A DNA stretch of 63,552 nt, the filler included, from Dirinaria sp. TL-2023a (lineage: Eukaryota): assembly GCA_051941275.1 (NCBI GenBank). It is 2 parts of 2 records of this genome, joined end to end, with 100 filler letters (N's around TTAATTAATTAA, not from the genome) between each part and the next. Parts side by side here need not be neighbours in the genome. Positions count along the whole stretch, not along the records: positions 31,863 to 63,552 come from JAVEBF010000090.1; 1 more part is not named here. One strand, written 5' to 3'. The notes beneath the pieces are model-generated. The model was given only the letters and a program-made list of their open reading frames with translations. It was not told where the DNA came from and did no database searches. The translations under genes and the position numbers were made by a program. Positions 51,799 through 63,552 of this stretch are shown here, one piece after another. Numbering within the stretch: position 1 is the stretch's first letter; each line of letters begins with the position of its first letter.

Positions 51799-53321
51799 GA
51801 CGACGGGTTGTCGACTTAGGTTGTTTAGGCGGGTACGAAGGCAAAGGCCACAAGTGGGATGTGCGGGGTGCTCGGATGCTTTAGCACTGAATTAGTGACG
51901 GTACCTCAGGCGGAGATAGACAGTACCTTGGGAGATTCCACTCAATTTTGGCCACAAAGCCGGTGAAATGCTGTCTTCTAAGTACAAAAGTCAGGTAGCT
52001 TTCCCCGCTTAAGTGCCTAGCTTAGCTACAGTGAAATAAGAAAGGTAGATAAGGTAGCTAGGCATAGACCACCAGGTTCATTGCTGCCACCTCATAAATA
52101 TATGCATTTGAGGCCATTGGTGCCGTTGCTATATATGCGCATGCGGGTCATCAATGCCACTGTACGCACATTAGTATATGCATTGCCACCCTGCAAGTCA
52201 CCTCCGGCGTGCAATCCCCATTATGGGCGCATATACAGTACTCTCTCAATCTGCAATTAACTGACCAAGGCTTGGCATCAGATCGGCCCGTGTACGTGTA
52301 CGTTGTTCTAGGTAGACCTGCAGTGTCTATGGAGTATCGGGACGAGAGCATCTTCAGCATCTTCAGCGTCTTCAGCACCTCCTCTGGCTTCCGCAATTGC
52401 TTCAATACCGCATCCGATGTCGCATTGTGGAAGCACTCGTTTGCCCACATACGAATTCAAGGTATCAGCCGTATGGTAACTGGCATACCCCCTACTGGCG
52501 GGCACAACGCCACTCCCCTCGAAACCTTGTCTCCTATCGTTTCGACAATTCCCTTTAGAATGTCTCCGCTTGGTCTGTGTGAATTTGACAAAGTCCCGTT
52601 TTTTCATGATCTGTCGCATTTTGCGTCCTTCTTTGCACATCGAGGTCCATCTAACACCTTATCTCAGATAATGCGGCTCCTCAAGGCTTGCTCTCTGCCA
52701 TTCATGTCACTTTCAACATGTTCCGATTGACGACGACCCAATAAGAAGGCAATCTGTTCAATGGATCGTGTGTGCACCTTGCTGTGATTCCATGCTATAC
52801 GTGTCTCGATATGTGTCCTGCCATCCTCGGTGACGCCAGAGATAACCAACAGGATATATTCATTGCCGGCTATAATGGAAGCGGCACCATCATTGTCGGC
52901 TTGTGATGTTCATCTCAGCTCGCAGAGGGTGTCATATGTACCGACTACGAGGTAAACAATCACCTTTGACATGTGCAAAGTGAATGGGGAATGAGTGCTG
53001 TATGACGCGCAGTGGAGTAGGTAGAGAAGCACTTCCAAGAAATAATTGTCGGGTCGAATGAGAGACTGGTGATATTTGACATGTGATATGGATCGCCTAG
53101 AATAGATTAGTGGCGGCATCCCGGATAAACTGCGGCCCTTACCTTTTACCTTTAAGGTATCGAGACAAAGCACACCCGCAACATCACTTTATTATCACTC
53201 CTTGATACTCCTCACTGTAATTCAGAAGCTCCCAAGGTCCGAGGCAGAGCTTCAGGAGAGCCCTGAGTCCAGGCTCTCCCATTCTTCCTTCATCATTGAA
53301 TAGAAGTGGCCTCTCTGCACG

Positions 53322-56300
53322 ATGAGCGCTTTGCGAGACTTGATCCAAGGGGAGGCTGAACTGGATGATGACTCTGAAGAGGAATCCTACGATGAGGAGA
53401 CCGGCGAGGTTCGCCGACACGGAGGTCCTAGGAAGGGTGTCAATGGACACATACAGGACTCGAGCGAAGAAGAGGAAGACGATGATGATGAAGAAGCCCA
53501 GAGACAGGTATATCTCAAGATAGTGCCCTGCTTGCGGACTGCTAACGAATGCTCGCTACTTGAAGGTACGAGAGGGATTCATCGTTGACGAAGAGGACGA
53601 GCTTGATGACGACGAGCGGCGCCGAAGGAAAAAGAAGAGGAGAAGAGAACAACGCGAGGAAGAGGAGGCAAACCTCGATGAGGAAGATCTTGATTTGATA
53701 GGCGAGGCGAATCCAAATTTCGAGCGACGCGCCGCTGCTCAAGTAAGTAGCGCTTCAACACATGTCCACGCCGCCGCTGCTCACGTGATTAGCCCAAGCT
53801 CAAGCGTCTGAAACGAGGATTTAAAGAGGACAGAGAACCGAGAGTGCCACGCGGCGTCGGCGATATTTTCGACTCGGATGAAGAAGAAGAAACGCGTCCA
53901 TACGATAGAGCTAGGCCACGTGGTATTGAGGACGAGTTTGCGGACTTCATCGAGGAAGATTTCTCCGGTGAGGAAGGCCAAGACGGAGAGCCTGACGACG
54001 CGGATGTCAGACGACCTGTTCCTCGCAACTTTCTTCAAGGTGCCAAGGCTGCCGCTGGTATGGACGAAACGGCACTCGAGGATCTTCGGGAGGCTTTTGG
54101 AACTGGCAGTGAGTACGACTGGGCCTTGGCGCTTCAAGAGGAGGACCAGTACGACCAGAGAATGCTTGATGTCGATGATGCGGATGCACTGAACAAGGCA
54201 ATCGAACTTAAAGATGTCTTTGAACCTTCCCAGCTTGCCGAGCGCATGTTGACCGAAGAAGACAATATGATTCGAAATAACGATGAGCCCGAACGCTTCC
54301 AAATCGTGCGGAAGCCTTATCAGCACCTCGAGCTCACGCCTGACCTTATCAAAGATGAAGCCATCTGGGTGTCAAACCTTATTCTCCCTAAGAAGGACCT
54401 TGACTCGCGATTGCACGAGCCCTTCCGCAAGTCCATTACCAAAGTTTTGGAGTTTATGGTGTCTGAGGGATATGAAGTTCCCTTCATCTTTCAACACCGC
54501 AAAGACTACCTGATCCATGCGGAACAAATCCCAGCCATTCCAGATCCTTACAACCCAAATGCTCCCGAGTATGTTACCAGAGCCGACAAGCTTTTGAACC
54601 AGTCAGACCTTTGGACCGTCTTTGACCTAGATCTGAAGTTTCGTGCGCTGGTCGACAAGCGGAACGCACTGCAAAAGACCTATGACGGTCTTAAAGATGG
54701 GGTAGGCATTACCGATGAGGTCTTTGAGGAGATGCTCCCGGCTGCAGTGTCTATGGAAGAACTGCAAGATATCCAAGACTATACACAGTTTCAACACTCG
54801 GCACGTCTTGCAGACTTGGCACTCATCAACGGGTCTCAGTTGAATGGAACGCAGCGCAGGCCGGGTGCGTCGAGGATGATCTACGAGCGTACACGCCAGA
54901 GCAAGGTTTATGCTCTCGTACGCGCTTTCGGTATCTCAGCGGATGCGTTTGCAAAGAATGCATCGAAGACATCGGGTTCGAGACAGTATACGGAGGATCC
55001 TGCAGAGAGGCCTGATGATATGGCGGACAGTGATAACGTACTCGACCCTCCGGACTTCGCAACGGGCGTACAATGCCTGAAGGCGGCCAAATCGATGTTT
55101 GCCGAGGAGATCGTCATGAGTCCAAGGATGAGAAAGGTGATGCGCCGGGCTTTCTATCAAAGCGCCGTGATCGATTGCTATAGGACTGAAAAAGGCTTGC
55201 GTAGGATCGACGATCAGCATCCCTACTATGAATTTAAGTATCTACGAAATCAGCAATTGCGGGACATTGCACGTCTTCCTGGCCGTTTCCTGAAGATGCT
55301 TCGAGCGGAAGAAGAGGGCCTAGTCGAAGTCAAAATTCGATTAGAAGACTACGATTCGTTCAAGAAGAAGTTGTACAACGACTTGGAGTCCGACAATTAT
55401 AGCGAGATTGCGGACGCTTGGAATCGCGAGCGAAGGGAAGCCCTGGATATAGCCCTGGTGAAACTTGTTAAGATCATAGCGAAAGGAGTCAAAGAACAAA
55501 TTAAAGACGCATGTGAGAACGAGATCGCCAAATCCTGTCGCGATGAGTATACTAAGAAGCTTGACCAAGCGCCTTATAAACCAAAAGGCATGGTTCTTGG
55601 CACCGTTCCAAGGGTTCTAGCAATGTCCAATGGCACTGGCTCTTTCGGCAGGGATGCTATCTGCTGGGCCTGGGTTGAAGAAGACGGTCGTGTTTTTGAG
55701 ACCGGAAAATTTATCGACCTCGCAGTAGGTGATAGGGAGCGAGGTATTGAAGATGGCGCAGACGTGCAGAAACTCGTTGAGCTTATCAGCAGAAGGAAGC
55801 CGGATGTCATTGGAGTATCTGGATTCTCCGCCGAGACTCGAAAACTTTACAAACAGATCGAAGATATTGTTGAGACCAAAGATCTGCGTGGCGGCGAATA
55901 CGAAGATGAGGAGGGTCAGGACCGGAGCGACAAGCTCGAAGTCGTCATCGTCAACGATGAAGTGGCTAGACTTTATCAGACAAGCGATCGTGCCAACCAT
56001 GAACATCCTGGCTTTGCTCCTTTGACGAAGTATTGTGTTGCTCTTGCCAAGTATTTGCAGAATCCTATGAAGGAATACGCTTCTCTTGGAGGAGATATCA
56101 TCTCCATATCTTTTGATCCAAGTCAAGCATATTTGCCTCGAGACAAGCTGGTCAGGAGCCTGGAAACTGCGATGGTCGACATGGTTAATCTCTGCGGCAT
56201 AGAGATTAACGAAGCCGTGAGCAATGCGTATTATGCTAACCTTCTACCGTATGTTTGTGGCCTCGGACCGCGAAAATCTGCACAATTACTGAAGGTCATC

Positions 56301-57797
56301 AACATGAACGGTGGCAGTGTAAGCAGCCGAGCGGAACTCGTTGCAGATCCGGAGGTGGGTAGGATGGGGGCTGTTGGACCCAAAGTCTGGAATAATTGCG
56401 CCAGCTTCCTCTTCATCGAATTTGACAGCTCCGAACAAGACTCTGATTATCTTGATAATACCCGTGTACATCCTGAAGATTATGACCTTGGACGCAAGAT
56501 GGCCGCTGACGCGCTGGAGTTGGATGAAGAAGATATCGCAGCTGAAACTCAAGACAATGGAGCAGGCGCTATCGTTCGAAAACTAATCAAAGATGATGCG
56601 CAAGAGAAGGTAAATGATTTAATCCTGGAAGAGTACGCTGAGCAGCTCGAGAAAAACTTCAATCAGAAGAAGCGAGCCACGCTGGAGACTATCCGTGCTG
56701 AACTACAACAGCCTTACGAGGAACTAAGGAGAAATTTCGAATTGCTCTCGACTGAGGAGATTTTCACAATGTTCACGGGGGAGACAAGGGACTCGCTTAC
56801 GGAGGGGATGATTGTTCCCATCTCCATTAAGAGAGTAGCCGATGATTACATTGAAGCGAAACTTGACTGTGGCATCGATGGCACTGTGTCGGCTCTTGCT
56901 ATCTCAAATCGTCCTGACGTCTCAGCCAAGCAGTTATTTTCAGTGCACCAAACGGTGCGAGCCAAGCTCACTCATCTTAATCGTAAGACACTCACTGCCA
57001 GCTTCTCACTCAATGAGAATGATTTACGGATACCATATCACAAAGAAATCGACCACATGGTGGGTGAATGGGACGAACGCCAGGAGGAGAAAGATAAAGA
57101 ATCCTTGCAAGAGAAGAATGATGTTTCCGGTCGCACACAACGAGTCATCAAGCATCCTCTTTTCAGACCTTTCAACAGCATCCAAGCGCAGGAGTACCTT
57201 GGATCGCAAGCTCGTGGCGATGTGGTCATTCGGCCCTCATCGAAAGGTCCAGACCATCTTGCTGTCACATGGAAGGTCTCGGACAACGTATACCAGCATA
57301 TCGACGTACTTGAGCTCGACAAGTCAAACCAGTTCAGTTCAGGTATGACGCTGAAAGTCGGCGGAAAATACAACTACAGCGATCTCGACGAATTAATCGT
57401 CAATCATGTGAAAGCCATGGCGCGAAAGGTAGATGAAATCATGTTGCACGACAAATATCAGAACGGCAGCAAAGCCGATACAGGTCTGTGCCATGGTCTC
57501 GACCTCATTTCTTTCAATCTACTAACGATGTTCTTAGAGCGCTGGTTGACAACCTACACGGAAGCCAACCCCAAGCGCAGCAACTACGCATTCTGCATTG
57601 ATCCTAAAAATCCGGGCTATTTCAATCTTTGCTTCAAAGCCGGTCTCAATGCGAAGTTGCAGAGCTGGTACGTTAAGATCGTCCCTCAAGCGTTCGAGCT
57701 GCAGAAAAACCAGTACCCGGATATGAGGGCGTTGTGCAATGGGTTCAAGCTGCTGTTCTCGAGCATTCAGCAGAGCAAGGGGATGCAACGCCGATAA
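53322..57797 (+). CDS. SPT6: transcription elongation factor / histone chaperone Spt6
   Basis: Acidic N-terminus, [26 protein letters not shown], YqgF and HhH regions ([18 protein letters not shown]), S1 domain, tandem SH2 (VIRPSSKG). Introns 53508-53565, 53743-53792, 57484-57537. Confidence 0.97.
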
Positions 57798-58399
57798 GGC
57801 GGCAGGCCAAGCAGGTAAAAGGCGTTCTGGCAGCTTCGAATAAGCTGAGGCTCAATCAGTACGCTATGAACTGCGAGATACGGAAGTGACCTTCCGTTGT
57901 GTACATTAGATAGAGACCAATCGTTGCAGCCCTATCATCGAACCAAAACCGCAAAGAAAAGTGACTGAGACACTTGCTTTATTGGAGCAAAGTGAGCATT
58001 CCTTGTAACTGAGTCTAAATTGCACTCAATGGCGGTTCAAGGATTCTAAGAAGGGGTCCATGACTTGAAAAAACTCTTCCGCTCGTTATTCTGTGGCCTT
58101 TAATAAATACTGCAGGATCCTCAGCTTGAATCTGGTTTGTTGTTTCGTCATAGTGTTACAGCGACTTGTGCTGACGCTGGGTAGATACCGTAGTACTTGG
58201 TAGCGGCTATTCAGCGATACTTCACTTCGAGAAGAAACATAGTATCTGGCTTGATGTGCTCATTATCCTTGCCCTTCGTACTACAACAAACCGGGTAATG
58301 TCTCCACAGTTGTCTCCCAGAACCTCTTTTACAACGATCCTGCTCTCATTATACGTTGCCGCAGTGGCAATCAAACGTCGTCTTTGTTAACAACGTTTC

Positions 58400-61300
58400 T
58401 CTACTTCTCTTTGGTTTTGCAGGCTGTTTCGACTGTTATTTAGAAAGCGTGACCTATTGTCTTATTATCTCTTCCTATTGGACTTGCATTCATGTGTCTC
58501 GGCTCGAGCGCATCAGACTTCATTGAAAGACAAGGTTTCAGCTTTTGCGTAGATTCGCTAATCCTTTCAACACATGAGCCGCGTATGCTTGCTGCTGAGA
58601 TTAATATAATGTGATCCTCTGACACACTAGCAAGCTGATCGATCAGAGTTTGGCTATCTGCAGCTCTCGATTCATCTCATATTATAGTCATCCGCTTTTT
58701 TATTTCTATCTTCAACCCAAGCCTATATCTATATCATACAACCAACACTTGATCGTCATTCTAATCATTGTTCTGTGCTTTATTAACAAAGTTTTTGACC
58801 ACGGAATCATACGTTGAGACACTATGTTGAAGTTTCTGACTTTCTTGATGGGACTTTTGAAGAGTCAGTGTGACAAAAGCTTGAACAGACGCGTTAAATG
58901 AATGCGCACTTCATAAACTTAAGCACAAAGTAAATATTAATCCCCGTCTTCTTTTTTTCTGCCGTTTACGAAGAGAAAAATAGCTTGTTCGAATTTGTCA
59001 CACATCATCATCATCGCTGTGCGTATAAATCTTGCGAAATTTTGCTACTTCGTTTACCTCGGCAGTTCTCATTTTTTAGAGCTAGCAGATCATGTTCTTG
59101 ATGTGTAAGCCTTGATAAGTCATTTCGGGAAGCACTTCTTGAATCCTGTGGAGCTCAAAATTCAGTTGCTTTTTCTTCCTCTGCTCTTCTCTCAACACAT
59201 CGTCTTTTTTTTGAGACATGACGTTTCCTCTCATCAGCTGTCTGCTGCAATCTCTTTACTCGTTTACAAAAGAATGACAAGCATCAATCGCTTCACTATT
59301 TCAACCCTTTTACAAATACTCAAGAGTAAGTATCTTATCTCATAATGATGTCTAATCTCTACAACAATAGAATTATCGATAAGGGTCACGTAAGCTGAAT
59401 ATTTTTCTCATACTAGAGACAGTCATAGAGCACCAGATTCTAAGAGAAGAGCACAACGGTTTGAAACTGTGATTAGTCATGTTGATAGCTTATTCCTATC
59501 TACGACATGTGCAGTTAAAGATACGAAGTAATACGATGTACAAATCTGATTCTATTGATTTCTCGACAGTATGGTTTACTCCAAGTCTTATCCGTTTCTA
59601 TGTGGTTCTCCGCATCTATCAACATCGAGCTACATTCTTCGTCTTCTTCCGAGTCCCCAAGTTTTCTTCGTCCTTATTAGATTTCTTCAACAAGGAGCCC
59701 TTCACAGCATTGGAAATTTAAAGTGGTCCGATTCGACCCAGCCGATACTTCTGAAATAGTCAGTTGAGATCTGAAATGCGTTGCTCTGTCTAAGAGCAGC
59801 TCGGCGAACAATTTTCAAGCACGGAAAACTGGAGTAAAACAATGCACATAGCTCAGAGCTTGTTCGAAATCCAGTAACGTTGTTTACTAAGTGAAGATCA
59901 TTTTATTAACGCAATACGATTCTAAACATTGATCCTCTTCTGTTTCGAAATCTTCTAGTCTCTAATATGATGATATGAACCATTAAACACCTTGACAGAG
60001 GATGCTTCCTTCTTAAACTTAGTTAACTATATACTCACGCCCTCTCTATTTTCCTTTCGAAACAATATCTCACACGTACAATAGTTCTTTAATGTATTTG
60101 CTTCGTGCAATTATTAAATATTAGCTATTTGATGTCTCTAAAACCAGTGAGCTCTCTGCATAGACAATCTACGACGTCGAAGAAGTATCTATCACATCGT
60201 AGATAAAATTTGACGATCATGGGAGAAAGAGGATAAGAAGAAATGAAAGAGAAAGAAAGAATATCTATACGTACTTTTTCTCTTTTCAGTCTAACAATTT
60301 ATGAACTTTTATCTGAAAAATGCTCATTGCTCTGTGTTTTTACAAATTATCTTGACTATGAGCACCAGGATTATCCAGGACGCATCCATCCATCTACATA
60401 ACAGGATGAGATTTACAGTTTCAGACAACTTAAAATATATAATTTATGACACTATTGTGAAATATTTCACACGATTACAGACGATCATGCAGAGAAGTTA
60501 AATAAGTTTAAGATCGAGTTTTTTCGACTAATGAAGCACGGGAAATGATGAGCAAAAAATGTTTCCGACATCTGTACATTTCTAGAAACTCGAAAATGGC
60601 GTTTGGCGGAAAAACGATCGACAGAGAATGCAGGAAGCGATAAAGATTTTACAATCAAGAAAGTCATTTCTAGTAGAAGATAAAAACGAATAGAACAAAT
60701 GGGTCATTACATAATCATTCGTTTTGACAGAGAAACAATAGAGATAAAGTGAAGATTAAAAAATCTTGATTTACATACAATTGCGTCTTCAGAAGAGATA
60801 ACAAGAATCTATGAGTCCTCAGTCTTATCCAGTTAAGAATACATTGATGCTGTTCGACAAAACATTATTGGGTGGACAAAATCGCAGTACGCATCGACAG
60901 AATCAAGCAAAGCAAATTCTAAGCTCTTCTCACAATTGTTATGTTGTTTTCTATCACTGAGGAGCATTATCGAAATGTTTTCAAATTTCCTCCAGAGTTG
61001 TAGATTCTAATCACGACTTGAGACAATGAAACATAGAAAATGCGTGTTAAAGTATCATGATATTTATTTATCTCGCATTATGATTGACTTCAGTTTCAGA
61101 AGACTGATCAAAGTGATCCCTTTTGCTTCATTCCTATGACAGATGATTGCTCAATCTGGTTCTTACTCGATTACATCTCTAGATTTTTTGATTTGGAATC
61201 AGACGTTCGTTTTGAGACAACAAAGCTATTTTCAGATCTTGATGTCAGTTCCTCAAGGACAACATATTGTAACTACAGCTGCAGACAACAAGATGTAAAA

Positions 61301-63552
61301 AAAGAGCGTTGGCAGATTTCTCATAATTTCTGACATTCGTTTTTGCTCTTGATAAAGCATCGAGCAGATTTGTCAGAGTTATCGCTTGTCGTTAATCGAG
61401 AATCTGTTTCTTTACGATTACTCTCTTCTTCATCACAACGAACTTCAGTGGAGCACACATAACCCAAGAGATTTCGAAATTTCTTCGTCGACTCTAAAAT
61501 CGTTTTTCATGAGCAAACATTGTCGACATGATAATCTTTGAATCGATCATATATATAATTTCAAAAATCTCCACAAGTCGCTCCTGTTAAAGTCTGAAAA
61601 AACAAGACACTCTTAAAATCAACGAAGTTCAATTCTTTTGACAACTAAGTAATAACTCAGTCCTGGACATCTTGAACAGATTCAAGGAAATTTTATACAA
61701 TAAATCTGCAGAAAACAGTTTCCGTCTTTCTGTGGTTGTCTTTCCAAACTCTACTCAGTGAAACGCGCATCTTTCATATCGAAATGTGAACAAATTTGGA
61801 GAATTTGATCATCATTTCGTACAGAGCCCAAAAAAATACATATCGTAAGATTTCATAAAATTTTTAAACTGTACGAAATATTCATTGACACGATCGACAG
61901 CATGCAGACTCGAAAAATCAGTGTATCATTTTTGATCTTGTTCTAGCGCGAGACCAACAGGGTAGCTGAATTTATCAAGAACCCATCATGTTTATCGCGA
62001 ATACAAATGTCATGCAAATCAATTAGATTGCACTGATCTAAAGAAGCTTAATATCAGTCATTTCTTCAAATCACTCGTGATCAAACTCTCCAAGAGGTTA
62101 CTAAATTTATAAGATTTGAGCCAACTCTTTACTCGATTCAATTTCAATTTCAAAAAATCATCGACATTGTGAGAAGACTCACGAAGAGAATGCTCATTGG
62201 AAGATTGCTTCCCCTTTTCATGATAGACGTGACTGACTTCAGCATCTTAGATAGATGTATTACTAGAATGAGTCGTCGCAAACGGTGACTATATTTAAGC
62301 AGAAAAGTTTGGCGGATCGTCTTTTATTTTCTTCAAGTCACTCCTTACCAAAAACTTGTCTCCTAACCGTACCTCATTCCCTTGAATATTCAGGTCGAAC
62401 GCTCAAGTAATTGGGCGACTACAGGACCTTTGAGATCTTGGATTGATTCCGGGGTAATATCTACAATTTTCTCATCAGGCTACATCAACATCTGATGGGC
62501 GGTTCGAGACCATATTCTTTGACAAAGAGCGCTCTAAGCACTCTGTATTTCACGACATTATCTCTTAATGAGTCGGTCGTCAAGCTGCCCTGGGAGAAAA
62601 ATAAAACGGATCGAACCGCCATCGACCGCTCAATCCCGTTTCCGTTAATTTACACCGGCGATATTTACAACTAAGAAAAGTTCTCGATATCATAATCCGC
62701 CAACGACTTGAGAACCAGAAATCTTCGGGCTCACTTGAATGGGGATCGATCGAAAAGAATCTACATTCACACGCTGCCTCATGCGATGAACAGGCTGCGT
62801 TCGGTTTGTAGGACTCTGTATCGATCTCCCGCTAAAAACGGCAATGTAAGATCTCATGGATTGAAGGTCATACCCTTCATACGGACGATATATTAGTAAA
62901 GAATACTTCAAGATGCTGCTACTATGTCAGATATTTCTGATGCAGGAATAGAAGAATGCTAAGTAATACGGCGACACACTTTGCATTTTTTCCACTTGTG
63001 GTGGGGCTCAGCTGGTGGAGTCTAGCTTGGTCTAGAGCAGAAGCTCTGTTGCAACTTCGAATTTCAGGGAGAAGATGATTGATTCTACAGCTTTGTCGAA
63101 AAGAAAGCTTAAAAACGCAGCAAAAACTTGCAGAGTTCTGTTACAGTTTACTGAGTTCTCCTGACTTGAACATATATGTACCATATTGTCGGCACCTGTA
63201 GAAGTAAACGACAACTCCGAGGGCATCAAAAATATCACGTACAGATCTGATGGAATCGATCTGGAATGACTTGATATCGTCGCCACAGAAGATATTAATT
63301 CTCAAGACGCTGACAAGAGTCGATACTCTGAGATTTCTATCCCCCAAATTCAGTCCAAAAAATAAAAGGATTCACCCAAGAATTTGATATCTCGACGAAC
63401 GCGGCGCATCGAATCATATCGCATCCACAGATAGTGGACTTGATGGGAAAAGCCCAGATTTCGCAAACTGCAGCAAAAAAAAGAGCTCAGTGACGAAACG
63501 CTGTCAGATGTCATTGTACGCAGAAAAATCAAGAAACTACTCTTATTTTACG
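58400..63552. pseudogene. AT-rich block of decayed reading frames (RIP-like relic of a repeated or mobile segment)
   Basis: Drop in GC after SPT6 and no long ORF, but protein-like frames broken by stops on the minus (~61100-62300) and plus (~60350-60750, ~63050-63400) strands. Family not recognised. Confidence 0.55.

Noticed and set aside
171..63532. Numerous short antisense or overlapping ORFs in the track; tRNA/rRNA genes
   Set aside because: The ORFs are shadow frames of real genes or chance; no tRNA cloverleaf or rRNA sequence was recognised.

Overview
Eukaryotic DNA from a filamentous ascomycete (Pezizomycotina, probably Eurotiomycete-like; inferred from GT-AG introns with CTRAY branch sites and the protein families). 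Gene order: KCS1 inositol polyphosphate kinase (-), a large secreted beta-propeller/Ig-like/7xWSC protein (-), VPS11/PEP5 (+), an AT-hook protein (-), MLH1 (-), a ~3 kb accessory cassette bounded by a bipartite direct repeat (MITE-like element, single-TM Ser/Thr-rich gene, AT-rich relic), a GT2-like membrane protein (+), an assembly gap with a synthetic linker, a hypothetical gene (-), a 16.4 kb intronless five-module NRPS (A-T-C x4, A-T-CT; -) with four in-frame stops and two frameshifts, a divergently transcribed intact Fe(II)/2-oxoglutarate PhyH-family dioxygenase (+), SPT6 (+), and a ~5 kb AT-rich tail of decayed reading frames that look hypermutated (RIP-like). The most notable item is the minimal two-gene cluster for a predicted cyclic pentapeptide, with a broken synthetase next to an intact tailoring enzyme. 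All calls come from reading the sequence and recalled motifs; no database searches were run.
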